Shown: piece after piece, positions 53,645 to 64,000 of the stretch | Layout of the letters: the number at the start of each line of letters is the position of its first letter | Numbering within the stretch: the first letter of the stretch is position 1 | NCBI GenBank assembly: GCA_036394195.1 | Contig: DASWFO010000335.1 | Span: forward strand, 3,056-67,055 | Direction of reading: 5' to 3' | Length of the DNA: 64,000 nt | Source: Alphaproteobacteria bacterium | GTDB lineage: Bacteria > Pseudomonadota > Alphaproteobacteria > CACIAM-22H2 | The notes under the pieces: model-generated | The model's database searches: none | What the model was told of the DNA's origin: nothing | Seen by the model: only the letters and a program-made list of their open reading frames with translations | Position numbers and translations under genes: made by a program

Positions 53645-54421
53645 ATGGCGCGGGTCGTCGCGGTCTCGCATCTGGACAAGATCTACAAGACGCTCGAAGG
53701 GGCCGACATCGAGGCCTTGAAGAACGTAAGTTTCGCGATCGGGGAGGGCGAGTTCGTCACCGTCGTGGGGCCGAGCGGCTGCGGCAAGACCACGCTCCTG
53801 AAGATCCTGGCCGGAATCCTCAGGCGCAGTGCCGGAGACGTCCGGCTGCGCGGCAAGGCCGTGGATGGGCCCAGCCGCGACGTCGGCGTCGTGTTCCAGT
53901 CGCCGGTGCTGTTGCCGTGGCGGACGGTGCTGCAGAACGTCATGCTGCCAATCGAGCTCCAGCAGCGCGACCGCGCCGCCTTCGAGCGCCGGGCCCGCGA
54001 CTACATCAAGCTCGTCGGCCTGCAGGGCTTCGAGCAGAAATATCCGAACGAGCTCTCGGGCGGGATGCAGCAGCGCGTCGGGATCTGCCGGGCGCTGGTC
54101 CACGATCCCGCGTTCCTGCTCATGGACGAGCCGTTCGGGGCGCTCGATGCCATGACGCGCGAAACGATGAATCTCGAGCTGCTGCGCATCTGGGACGAGA
54201 GCCGCAAGACCGTCCTCCTGGTCACCCACAGCATCCCCGAGGCGGTGTTCCTCGCCGACCGGGTGATCGTCATGTCGCCGCGGCCCGGCCGCATCACCGA
54301 GATCATCGGCGTCGACCTGCCGCGTCCGCGACAATTGGCGATGATCAACTCGGCGCATTTCGGCGGCTATGTCGAGGCCATCCGCCGGCATTTCCAGGCG
54401 CAGGGAGGGCTCGACGGATGA
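53645..54421 (+). CDS. ABC transporter ATP-binding protein, NitT/TauT family
   Basis: Walker A GPSGCGKTT, LSGGMQQRVGI, LLMDEPFGALD. Alternative GTG start at about 53588. Confidence 0.85.
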   Translation: MARVVAVSHLDKIYKTLEGADIEALKNVSFAIGEGEFVTVVGPSGCGKTTLLKILAGILRRSAGDVRLRGKAVDGPSRDVGVVFQSPVLLPWRTVLQNVMLPIELQQRDRAAFERRARDYIKLVGLQGFEQKYPNELSGGMQQRVGICRALVHDPAFLLMDEPFGALDAMTRETMNLELLRIWDESRKTVLLVTHSIPEAVFLADRVIVMSPRPGRITEIIGVDLPRPRQLAMINSAHFGGYVEAIRRHFQAQGGLDG

Positions 54422-55224
54422 CGCTCCGCCGCCTCGTTCTGGCCATCCGTCAACGGCCAGAAGTGCCGCTGTCGCTGGTCCTGTTCGTCGCCAGCGTCGG
54501 CGGATGGGAGCTCGCCGTCCGCGTCTTCGAAATCCCGAAGATCGTCGTCCCGGCGCCGTCGGCCGTCGCCATGGCGTTGTGGCAGATCAGCCAAAGCGGC
54601 GACCTGCTGAAGCACTTTGCCATCACGTTCTACGAGACCATGGCCGGTTTCGTGGTCGGCGCGCTGTTCGGGCTCGCGACTGGCGCGCTGGTCGCCCAGT
54701 TCCCGCTGCTCGAGCGCACCCTCTATCCCTACATCGTCGCCTTCCAGACCTTGCCGAAAGTCGCGATCGCCCCGATCATCGTCATCTGGTTCGGCTATGG
54801 CGTGACCTCGAAAATCGTGATCACGGCGACCATCGCGTTCTTCCCGCTGCTCGCCAACACCATCGTCGGCTTGCGCGCCGTGCCGCAGGACCAGGTCGAG
54901 CTCATGGTGGCGTTCACCGCCACCCGCTGGCAGGTCTTCCGCAAGGCGCGGCTGCCGCAGGCGCTGCCCTATATCTTCGTCGGCCTCGACGTGGCCATTG
55001 TGCTGTCGGTGATCGGCGCCATCGTCGGCGAGTTCGTCGGCTCGCAGGCCGGGCTCGGCTACCTGATCATGCAGAAGAACTTCAACATGGACATGTCGGG
55101 CGTGTTCGCAATCCTCATCATCCTCTCGCTCATGGGCATCGGGCTGCATATGGCAGTCAATGCGATCCAGCGGCGGGTCGTCTTCTGGATGGAGAGCGCC
55201 ACCGACCGGGTCATGGGCGCGTAA
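54418..55224 (+). CDS. ABC transporter permease, NitT/TauT family
   Basis: ATGA overlap with the ATPase stop. Six-TM BPD_transp_1 core. Confidence 0.85.
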   Translation: MTLRRLVLAIRQRPEVPLSLVLFVASVGGWELAVRVFEIPKIVVPAPSAVAMALWQISQSGDLLKHFAITFYETMAGFVVGALFGLATGALVAQFPLLERTLYPYIVAFQTLPKVAIAPIIVIWFGYGVTSKIVITATIAFFPLLANTIVGLRAVPQDQVELMVAFTATRWQVFRKARLPQALPYIFVGLDVAIVLSVIGAIVGEFVGSQAGLGYLIMQKNFNMDMSGVFAILIILSLMGIGLHMAVNAIQRRVVFWMESATDRVMGA

Positions 55225-55302
55225 GCGATTGACCATCCGGTCAGATGGAAATGGCGGCCGCTCCGGCTTGGCGCTAGACTAGCCGCAATATCAGGAGTCC
55301 CC

Positions 55303-56295
55303 ATGAGCGCAGCCCCACGCCCCGCGACCCGCGACGAAGTGCCGGTTCTGGACCTGACACCGCTCAACCGTGGCGAGACCCTGTCCGGCCTCGCCCGCGA
55401 GTTGCGCCGCGCCTGCGAGACCATCGGCTTCTTCTACATCGCCAATCACGGCGTGCCGCAGGCGGTGGTCGACAATGTGTTCGACGCGACGCGGCGCTAT
55501 TTCGCGCTGCCGTTGGCTGACCGCATGAAGCTGCGCATCGATGAGCGCTTCCTGCGCGGCTTCATGCCGCAGGGCATCAACCAGCACCCGGGCTATGCCG
55601 CGGATCTGAAGGAGAGTTTCGAATTCGCCCTGGACCTGCCGCTGGACGATCCGGACGTCGTCGCGGGGCTCGCCTTGCACGGGCCGAACCGCTGGCCGCC
55701 GGAATATCCGTGGCTGCGGCAGGCGGCGGAAGCCTATTTCGACGCGACCATGGCGCTGGGCAAGCGGCTGCTGCGTGTCTTTGCCGTGAGCCTCGATCTC
55801 GAGGAAGGCTTTTTCCTGCAGTTCTGCAAGAAGCCGATGGTCCAGAGCCGCCTGTTCCACTACCCGCCGCAGCCGCCGGTGCTCGACGAGAAGGCCTTCG
55901 GCGTGGCCCCCCATTCCGATTACGGCATGGTCACGCTCCTGACCCAGGATCCGATCGGCGGGCTCGAGCTGCGCAAGCGCGACGGCGAGTGGATCGGCGC
56001 CCCGTTCATCGACGGGACGTTCGTGATCAATCTCGGCGACATGTTCAAGGTGTGGACGAACGACCTCTACGTGTCGAATCTGCACCGCGTGGTCAACCGC
56101 ACCGGCAAGGAACGCTATTCGATCCCGACCTTCTTCAACCTCGATTACGACACCCCGGTGGCCTGCCTGCCGAGCTGCCAGTCGGCCGACAACCCGCCGA
56201 AGTACAAGCCGATCAAGTCGGGCGACTATCTCGTCAGCCGCTTCCGCGACGTGCAGAAATACGGAAAGCCGATCCCGGATCAGGCTGCGGAATAG
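55303..56295 (+). CDS. 2-oxoglutarate/Fe(II)-dependent oxygenase (isopenicillin N synthase-like family)
   Basis: N-terminal DIOX_N (VPVLDL...IGFFYIANHGV) and HxD...H facial triad (APHSDYG...NLHRV). 330 aa. Confidence 0.8.
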   Translation: MSAAPRPATRDEVPVLDLTPLNRGETLSGLARELRRACETIGFFYIANHGVPQAVVDNVFDATRRYFALPLADRMKLRIDERFLRGFMPQGINQHPGYAADLKESFEFALDLPLDDPDVVAGLALHGPNRWPPEYPWLRQAAEAYFDATMALGKRLLRVFAVSLDLEEGFFLQFCKKPMVQSRLFHYPPQPPVLDEKAFGVAPHSDYGMVTLLTQDPIGGLELRKRDGEWIGAPFIDGTFVINLGDMFKVWTNDLYVSNLHRVVNRTGKERYSIPTFFNLDYDTPVACLPSCQSADNPPKYKPIKSGDYLVSRFRDVQKYGKPIPDQAAE

Positions 56296-56453
56296 GCGCC
56301 GTTCGCCCGACAACTACGAGCCGATCCCTGATTTCCCAGCCCCGCCCAGCCCACTCGGCATGAGATTTGAAGGGAGACCTCCCGGGCCCATGCTCGTGTC
56401 TGCGGGAGGGGCCTGCTAGGTTCGGCGGGGTGGCAGTCGGGAGGCATGGCGGC

Positions 56454-57008
56454 ATGCGGCGCAATCCAATTCGAAGGATGCTCGATGGTCTTTACTGGAC
56501 CACCGGCGTCCTGGCCGGCCTGTCGCTGGTCGGCATCTGTATCCTGATGATGCTGCTGTCGATCGGCCGGGAGGTCGGATTCAACGTCAAAGGCGCGGAT
56601 GAGATCTCGGCTTGGCTCTGCGCGGCCACGGCCTATCTTGGCATTGCCTATACGTTCAAGACCGGCGATCTCGTCCGCGTCGGCCTGTTGATCGACCGCC
56701 TCAGCCCGGGCGTCCGGTACGCGACCGAGATCGTCGTGCTGGCCGCGGCGGCGTGCCTCACCGGCTATCTCGCCTACTACACGCTGGACATGGTCTGGGA
56801 TTCGTTCCGCTTTCACGAGCGGGCCCAAGGCATCATCTCGATCCCGATCTGGATTCCGCAGCTCGGTCTTTGCGTCGGCGCCGTCGTCCTGTTCATCTCC
56901 GTGGTCGATGAGCTGGTGAGGGTCATCGGCGGCGCCAAGCCGTGCTACGAGCGCGAGCCGCCCAAGACCGTCGAGGAGACGATCGAGCGATTGAGCGAGA
57001 CGGTGTGA
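56454..57008 (+). CDS. TRAP transporter small permease (DctQ-like)
   Basis: 184 aa, four TM helices. Directly precedes the DctM-like gene. Confidence 0.75.
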   Translation: MRRNPIRRMLDGLYWTTGVLAGLSLVGICILMMLLSIGREVGFNVKGADEISAWLCAATAYLGIAYTFKTGDLVRVGLLIDRLSPGVRYATEIVVLAAAACLTGYLAYYTLDMVWDSFRFHERAQGIISIPIWIPQLGLCVGAVVLFISVVDELVRVIGGAKPCYEREPPKTVEETIERLSETV

Positions 57009-57013
57009 CGGCC

Positions 57014-58318
57014 ATGGACAATATCGAGCTGGCGCTGCTTCTGCTGATCGCGCTCACCGTGCTGTTGATGGGCGGACTGTGGATCGGGCTGTCCCTGCTG
57101 GCCACGGGCATTCTGTCGATGCTGGTGATTCCCGACCTGCCGATCGGGAAAGTCCTGGCCACCAAATTCTGGGACAGCGGCGCGTCCTGGACGCTGGCCG
57201 CATTGCCGCTGTTCATCTGGATGGGCGAGATCCTGTTCCGCACCCGGATGTCGGAAGAGATTTTCCGCGGCCTCTCGCCCTGGCTCGGCTGGCTGCCGGG
57301 ACGGCTGATGCATGTCAACGTGATCGGCTGCGGAATCTTCGGCTCGGTCTCCGGATCGTCGGCCGCGACCTGCGCCACGATCGCCAAGATCGCTCTGCCC
57401 GAGCTCAAGAAGCGCGGCTACGACGAGGACGTGAGCCTCGGCTCGCTCGCCGGCGCCGGCACGCTCGGCATTCTGATCCCGCCGTCGATCACCATGGTCG
57501 TGTACGCGGTAGCGGCCGACGTCTCCATCATCCAGCTCTTCCTCGCCGGGTTCCTGCCGGGCTTTCTCGTGATGGCGCTTTACAGCGGCTACATCGTGGT
57601 GTGGTCGCTGCTCCATCCCGAGAAGACCCCGCCGATGGACATCCACATGACCTTCCGCGAGAAGCTGCGCGAATCGAAGAACCTGATTCCGATCACGCTT
57701 CTCATCCTCCTGGTCTGCGCCTCGCTGATCTTCGGCTGGGCCACCGCCACGGAATGCGCGGCGTGGGGCGTCGTCGGCTCGCTGGCGATCGCGGGGTGGT
57801 CGGGCATGCTGACGTGGGACTCATTTTGGGCGAGCGTCATCGGCACCGTGCGCGTGAACGCGATGATCATGCTGATCCTGGGCTCGGCGTCCTTCCTCTC
57901 GGCGGGCATGGCCTATACCGGAATCCCACGCGGCCTCGCCGAATGGGTGGCGGGCTTCCATCTGAGCCCCTACGCGCTGATCGCGGCGCTGACGGCGATG
58001 TACATCCTTCTCGGCACGGCCCTCGACGGCATTTCGATGATCGTGCTCACCACGGTGGTGGTCCTGCCGATGATCAAATCGGCGGGCTTTGACCTCGTGT
58101 GGTTCGGCATCTTCATGGTCATCGTGATCGAGATGGCGGAGGTCTCGCCGCCGGTCGGCTTCAACCTGTTCGTGCTGCAAACCATGAGCGGTCGTGACAG
58201 CATGGACGTGGCGCGCGCGGCTCTGCCCTTCTTCTTCCTGCTGGTCGTCGCGGTCGCCATTATCACCGTCTGGCCGGACATCGTGATGATCGTTCCGAAA
58301 TGGGCTTATCCGGATTGA
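57014..58318 (+). CDS. TRAP transporter large permease (DctM-like)
   Basis: 434 aa, 12 TM helices, DctM family. Confidence 0.85.
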   Translation: MDNIELALLLLIALTVLLMGGLWIGLSLLATGILSMLVIPDLPIGKVLATKFWDSGASWTLAALPLFIWMGEILFRTRMSEEIFRGLSPWLGWLPGRLMHVNVIGCGIFGSVSGSSAATCATIAKIALPELKKRGYDEDVSLGSLAGAGTLGILIPPSITMVVYAVAADVSIIQLFLAGFLPGFLVMALYSGYIVVWSLLHPEKTPPMDIHMTFREKLRESKNLIPITLLILLVCASLIFGWATATECAAWGVVGSLAIAGWSGMLTWDSFWASVIGTVRVNAMIMLILGSASFLSAGMAYTGIPRGLAEWVAGFHLSPYALIAALTAMYILLGTALDGISMIVLTTVVVLPMIKSAGFDLVWFGIFMVIVIEMAEVSPPVGFNLFVLQTMSGRDSMDVARAALPFFFLLVVAVAIITVWPDIVMIVPKWAYPD

Positions 58319-58344
58319 ATACAATTCCAATGGAGGTACGTCGA

Positions 58345-59310
58345 ATGCGCAAGCTGATCGCCGGAGCCGCTCTGGCTCTTCTCTTCGCCAGCGGCAGCGC
58401 CGCCGCGCAGAAATGGAACCTGCCGGCCGGCTACCCGACCTCGAACCCGCACACCGAGAATCTCATGCTCTTCGCCGACGACGTCCGCAAGGCGACGGGC
58501 GGCAAGCTCGATATCACGGTCCATGCGAACGCCTCGCTGTTCAAGGTTCCGGAGATCAAGAAGGCGGTGCAGACCGGCCAGGCGCAGGCGGGCGAACTTC
58601 TGATGTCGGTTCTCGAGAACGACGACCCGGTGTTTGGGGTCGATGTGGTCCCGTTCCTCGCCACCAGCTGGGACGATGCCATGAAGCTCTGGAAAGCCAG
58701 TAAGCCGGTCGTCGATAAGAAACTGGCGGCCCAGGATTTGAAGCTGCTCTACGTCGTCGCCTGGCCGCCCCAGGGCCTCTACGCCAACAAGGACGTCAAC
58801 TCCGTCGATGACATGAAGGGCCTGAAATTCCGCGCCTACAACCCGGGAACCTCGCGCATCGCGGAGCTGGTCGGCGCGCAACCGATCACCATCCAGGCGG
58901 CCGAAGTGGCGCAAGCCGCGGCAACCGGCGTCATGAACTCCTTCATTTCGTCCGGTGCCACCGGCTTCGACACCCGCATCTGGGAATCGCTCGACCATTT
59001 CTACGACATCCAGGGCTGGCTGCCGAAGAACATGGTCTTCGTGAACACGCGCGCCTTCAACTCGCTCGACAAGCCGACCCAGGACGCGCTGCTCAAGGCC
59101 GCGGCCGAGGCGGAAACGCGCGGCTGGAAGATGATGCAGGAGAAGACCGACTGGTACCTCGCCCAGCTCAAGGAGAAGGGCATGAAAGTGGCGCCGCCGA
59201 GCCCCCAGCTCGTCACCGGATTGAAGAAGATCGGCGAAACGTTGACCACCGACTGGTCCAAACGCGCCGGCGCGGACGGCGAGGCGATCATCGCCGCCTA
59301 CAAGAAATAA
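58345..59310 (+). CDS. TRAP transporter substrate-binding protein (DctP-like)
   Basis: GGAGG RBS. Signal peptide MRKLIAGAALALLFASGSAAA. DctP-fold. 321 aa. Confidence 0.8.
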   Translation: MRKLIAGAALALLFASGSAAAQKWNLPAGYPTSNPHTENLMLFADDVRKATGGKLDITVHANASLFKVPEIKKAVQTGQAQAGELLMSVLENDDPVFGVDVVPFLATSWDDAMKLWKASKPVVDKKLAAQDLKLLYVVAWPPQGLYANKDVNSVDDMKGLKFRAYNPGTSRIAELVGAQPITIQAAEVAQAAATGVMNSFISSGATGFDTRIWESLDHFYDIQGWLPKNMVFVNTRAFNSLDKPTQDALLKAAAEAETRGWKMMQEKTDWYLAQLKEKGMKVAPPSPQLVTGLKKIGETLTTDWSKRAGADGEAIIAAYKK

Positions 59311-59342
59311 ACGCGGGAGCGCGGATGCGGCGACGCGCTGTC

Positions 59343-60041
59343 CTACCGGCCCAGCACGAAGACGGCGTAGCCGTTGTGCCAGTCGCTGTGCTGCTGGTCG
59401 ATGGCGGGGTATGACTCGTCGAGGGTGGTGCGGATCTCGATCCGGGTATCGATACGCAAGCCGGTCGCCTTGAGCGCGTCCAGCGTGCCGGCTCGCACCC
59501 GTTCCCAGTTCCAGTCGTCGACGATCAGGACCGCGTCGTCGTCGAGATGCGGTGCCGCCCACGCGATCGCATCCGCATGGTCCTGGTACTCATGCGGGCC
59601 GTCGAAGAGATAGACATTGAACGGCCCGAAGAGGCGCAGGTCCACGTTGCGGTAGTCCTGGTTCAGGAACGAGATGCGGGCATCCTTCGGATGCGCCATG
59701 CCGAGATGGACGAAGAACTGCGCCGCCGGTCCGCCGAACTGTGTGAAGTTATCGATGGCCAGGGCGGTGATGCCGTCGTTGCCGAAGATCGCGCTGCACA
59801 GGGTCGAGCCGGCCCAGCAGCCGACCTCGAGATAGCGCGCGTCCGCCAGCCGCCCGATCAGCTGGTTGATGAAGATCCGGTAGCGCCGCCCCGACATCCC
59901 GGCGAGCTGGAACAGCTTGTCGGGGATTTTCGTCAGGCCGGACTTCGCGTCGGCCAGGCTGTCCATCACCGCCGTTCCGGCACGGCTTTTGCGACTCACC
60001 TGCACCGAAACTTGCGGCGTCATGAGAAGGTCGGAGCTCAT
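59343..60041 (-). CDS. Class I SAM-dependent methyltransferase (TylF/MycF-like, Methyltransf_24)
   Basis: YLEVGCWAGSTL SAM-binding motif I and LFDGPHEY...LIVDDW acidic post-I region. Start ATG 60041 or 60023. Confidence 0.65.
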   Translation of the reverse strand: MSSDLLMTPQVSVQVSRKSRAGTAVMDSLADAKSGLTKIPDKLFQLAGMSGRRYRIFINQLIGRLADARYLEVGCWAGSTLCSAIFGNDGITALAIDNFTQFGGPAAQFFVHLGMAHPKDARISFLNQDYRNVDLRLFGPFNVYLFDGPHEYQDHADAIAWAAPHLDDDAVLIVDDWNWERVRAGTLDALKATGLRIDTRIEIRTTLDESYPAIDQQHSDWHNGYAVFVLGR

Positions 60042-60189
60042 CGCCGGTCCATAATGCCACGGTTTGGCACTCGGGGATAACCCATGACGACATTCGCCTT
60101 CGATCATCTGACGCGCGCACCTGCCCGCTTTTTATGGCTGGCGATCTATGCTACGCCTTGCCAATTAACCGATTGGTCAAGTTGAGCCG

Positions 60190-61047
60190 ATGAAACTGCC
60201 TCAGTTCGAATATGCGTGTCCCACCACGATCGCCGAGGCGGTGGCGCTCCTCGCCAAGAGCGGCGGCACGGCGAAGCCGATTGCCGGCGGTCAAAGCCTG
60301 ATGCCGATTCTCGCGTTCCGGCTCGCGACACCGAGCCTGCTCGTCGATCTCCGCAAACTACCCGGCCTCGACAAGATCACCATCGGCAAGGACGGGGTGC
60401 GTCTCGGCGCCAAGGTGCGCTGGCGGGACATCCAGGACGACGAGCGGCTGCGGACGGCCCATCCGCTGCTCGTCGCCGCCATTTCCCATGTCGCGCATTA
60501 CCAGATCCGCAACCGCGGCACCGTCGGCGGCAGCGTGGCGCACGCCGATCCGGCAGCGGAAATGCCCGGGATCGCGGTGACCTGCGATGCCGAGATCGTC
60601 GTCGTCGGACCGTCCGGTTCGCGGACGATCCGGGCGGCGGAGTTTTTCGTTGCACCGCTCACGACCAAGCTTGCCACGGACGAGCTGATCACCGAAATCC
60701 GGCTGCCGTCGTGGCCGGCCGCCCGGCGGTGGGGCTTCGAGGAGTTCGCGCGCCGTCGCGGCGATTTCGCCATGGCCGCGGTCGCCGCCTTCTACGACCG
60801 TGACGAGCGCGGCCATGCGAAGGACGCCCATATCGGCGTCATCGGTGCCGGCAGCACGCCGCGCCGGCTGACGCCGGCGGAAGCGGCCCTGAACGGCCGC
60901 CCGGTCGACGCGGCCGCGATCGCCGCCGCCGCCGGGGCCGCCTCGGCCGCGGTCGATCCGCCGGATGATATCCATGCCAGCGCTGAATATCGGCGGGCCC
61001 TCGTAGGCACGCTTGTCGAGCGCGCCCTCGCCCGCGCCGCCGCATAA
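60190..61047 (+). CDS. Molybdenum hydroxylase FAD-binding medium subunit (CoxM/XdhB-like)
   Basis: AGGQSLMPIL, GTVGGSVAHADPAAE are FAD_binding_5 signatures. 285 aa. Confidence 0.85.
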   Translation: MKLPQFEYACPTTIAEAVALLAKSGGTAKPIAGGQSLMPILAFRLATPSLLVDLRKLPGLDKITIGKDGVRLGAKVRWRDIQDDERLRTAHPLLVAAISHVAHYQIRNRGTVGGSVAHADPAAEMPGIAVTCDAEIVVVGPSGSRTIRAAEFFVAPLTTKLATDELITEIRLPSWPAARRWGFEEFARRRGDFAMAAVAAFYDRDERGHAKDAHIGVIGAGSTPRRLTPAEAALNGRPVDAAAIAAAAGAASAAVDPPDDIHASAEYRRALVGTLVERALARAAA

Positions 61048-61068
61048 AGTCCAACCCGGAGCCGATTT

Positions 61069-61565
<497 letters not shown>

Positions 61566-61569
<4 letters not shown>

Positions 61570-63857
61570 GGAACTCCTTCATCGGCAGCCCGGTCGAGCG
61601 GATCGAGGACCTGCGCTTTCTCCGCGGCCGCGGCCAGTACATCGACGACGTCTCGCGCCCCGGCCAGCTCTATGCGGCGATCCTGCGCAGCTCCGTTGCC
61701 CATGGCCGCATCAAGTCCATCGACGCGAAGCCGGCGCTGGCGGTGCCCGGCGTGCACGCGGTGCTCACGGCGAAGGACATCGGCGATCCGGTGCCGACCA
61801 TCAACATCCGGCTGCAGCCGCTGCCCCAGCTGGTGCCGTTCCACCAGCCGGTGCTGGCCCATGACAAGGTCCGTTACGTCGGTGAGCCGATCGCGGTTGT
61901 GCTGGCGGAGAGCCCCGCCATTGCCGAGGACGCGCTGGATGCGATCGCGGTCGACATCGAGCCGCTCCCGGCAGTCGCCGACCGTTTTGCGTCGAGCGCC
62001 GACAAGACGCTGCTGTTCGAGGGTCACGGGACGAACCTCGCGATCAAATACGACGTCACCCACGGCGACATCGACGCCGCCTTCAAGAACGCGCCGTATA
62101 CAAGGCGCGAAAAGTTCCGCGTCCATCGCCATGCCGCCGTACCGATGGAGCCGCGCGGGCTTCTGGCCGAGTGGGACGCGGCCAAGGGCAAGCTGACCGT
62201 CCACGGTGCCGCCAAGGTGGCGTTCTTCAATCGACGCATCCTCGCCGGCCAGATCGGCCTGCCGGAAGAGGCGATCGACCTCGTCGAGAACGACGTCGGC
62301 GGCGGCTTCGGTGCCCGCGGCGAGTTCTATCCCGAAGATTTTCTGATTCCGTTCGCGGCGCGCAAGTTCGGCCGGCCGGTCAAATGGACGGAAGACCGGC
62401 GCGAGAACCTCCTGGCATTGCAGCACGCCCGCGACATGGATTGCGACATCGAGATCGCCTGTACGCGCGACGGCATGATCCTCGGCCTGCGCGGCACCAC
62501 CTATGCGGACGTGGGTGCCTATATCCGCACCAACGGGCTGGTCGGCCCGCGCAACGTCGCGCAGTTCCTGGCCGGGCCGTACCGGATCCCCAGCATAGAT
62601 ATCGACGCCCATGTGCAGCTGTCGAACAAGACGCCGGCCGGCACGTATCGGGGCCCGGGGCGCTATGAGTCCGATTTCTTCCGCGAGCGGCTGTTGGATC
62701 TGGTGGCGCAGGATCTCGGCCTCGACCGGATCGAGTTCCGCCGGCGCAACCTCGTGACCAAGGCCGAGATGCCGTATCACCTGGCCGATATCGCGCCCTA
62801 TGCGCAGGACACCGAGTTCGACAGCGGCAATTACGCCTCGGCGCTGGACCGCTGTCTCAAGGAATTCAACTGGACGGAGAAGGCGAAGCTCCAGGGCCGC
62901 CTGATCGATGGCCGTTATCACGGCGTCGGGGTTGCCTGCTTCATCGAAGGTGGTGCGGCCGGCCCCAAGGAGACCGCGAAGCTCGTTATCGAATCCGACG
63001 GCATGATCACGGTCTATACCGGCTCATCCGCCATCGGCCAGGGCCTGGAGACGGTGTGCGCGCAGATCGCGGCCGACGCCATCGAAATTCCGCTGACCCG
63101 GATCCGCGGCGTGTTCCACGGCTCGACGACGCTCCTGAAGGAGGGCTTCGGCTCCTATCATTCGCGCGCCGTGGTGATGGGCGGCTCGGCCATCCTGGAC
63201 GCGGCGAACAACCTCCGCGACGAGATCCGCAAGGTCGCCGCGCAACGCTTCGGCTGTGCCGCCGCCGACGTCACGCTGGCCGACGAGCGCATCGGCGGGC
63301 CGGGCGGCAAATCGGCCAAATGGTCGGACTTCGCCGGGGTCTCGGCCGAGGGCAGCTTTACCAATCATCACCACACCTACGCCTACGGCACGCACGCGGT
63401 GCATGTCGCGGTCGACCCCAAGATCGGCCACGTGCAGATCGTCGATTATGTGGCGGTGGAGGACGTCGGCCGGATCATGAACCCGCTCACCCTGAAGGGG
63501 CAGCTGATCGGCGCCATCGTCCAGGGCCTCGGCGGCACCTTCCTCGAGCATTTGGTCTATGACGAGAACGGACAGATGCTGACCGGATCGTTCGCCGATT
63601 ATCTTCTGCCGACCGCGAGCGACTTTCCGAACATCCGCGGCTTCCTCATGGAGGAGGAGCCGTCGCCGATCAATCCGCTGGGCGCCAAGGGCGCGGGCGA
63701 GGGCGGCATCATCCCGGTCGGTGGGGTGATCGCGAACGCCGTGGCCTCGGCCCTCGCGCCCTTCGGCGTGCAGCCGAACGACCTGCCGCTGTCGCCGTCG
63801 CGGCTCTGGCACATGGTCCAGGCGGCGCAGAGCGCCAAGCCGCAAGCCGCCGAATAG
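61566..63857 (+). CDS. Molybdenum hydroxylase molybdopterin-binding large subunit (xanthine dehydrogenase / aldehyde oxidase family)
   Basis: 763 aa. ATGA overlap with the small-subunit stop. Ald_Xan_dh_C and C2 domains. Active-site loop reads PAGTYRGPGR, not the form-I CO dehydrogenase VAYRCSFR motif. Confidence 0.85.
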
Positions 63858-63911
63858 ATCGCCCGGCCAGACGCTATCTCGAGCGCGAGCGGTTCTAAAA
63901 CCAGCCGTCCC

Positions 63912-63990
63912 TACGTCGTCATTGCGAGGAGCGCAGCGACGAAGCAATCCAGCAGCGAACCCTGGATTGCTTCGCGGAGCCTGTCCTTGG
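63912..63990. repeat. REP-like element of the CGTCATTGCGAG...GAAGCAATCCAG family
   Basis: cgtcattgcgaggagcgcagcgacgaagcaatccag followed by ctggattgcttcgcggagcc, just after the coxL-like stop. Confidence 0.55.
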
Positions 63991-64000
63991 GCCGGCCTCT

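Overview
High-GC alphaproteobacterial chromosome segment, Bradyrhizobium/Rhodopseudomonas-like in codon usage and repeat content. About 60 genes can be supported. The conserved translation cluster thrS-infC-rpmI-rplT-pheS-pheT (2.7-11.7 kb) is split between infC and rpmI by two opposite-strand genes, and infC appears to start on a non-AUG ATC codon. The rest is dominated by transporters and catabolic enzymes: a TetR-controlled hydrolase/GlcG/FUSC-AaeX-AaeA efflux operon (24.5-30.5 kb) with three copies of a TTACCGNNCGGTAATTA operator motif; two NitT/TauT-type ABC systems with NMT1-like binding proteins; three isochorismatase-family hydrolases; two paralogous LLM flavin oxidoreductases; Bug/TctC and TRAP transporters; a CoA-thioester module (acyl-CoA dehydrogenase, MmgE/PrpD, crotonase, ADP-forming acyl-CoA synthetase); and a coxM-coxS-coxL-type molybdenum hydroxylase next to an adenine/adenosine deaminase-family gene. 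The most unusual single gene is a 1070-aa protein fusing an N-terminal SAM domain, a class III nucleotidyl cyclase domain, a STAND/AAA NTPase and a C-terminal TPR-like region (21.2-24.4 kb). Several REP-like palindromic elements sit in intergenic regions. No rRNA, tRNA or CRISPR array was recognised. Gene starts are mostly inferred from RBS context and family length and may be off by a few codons.
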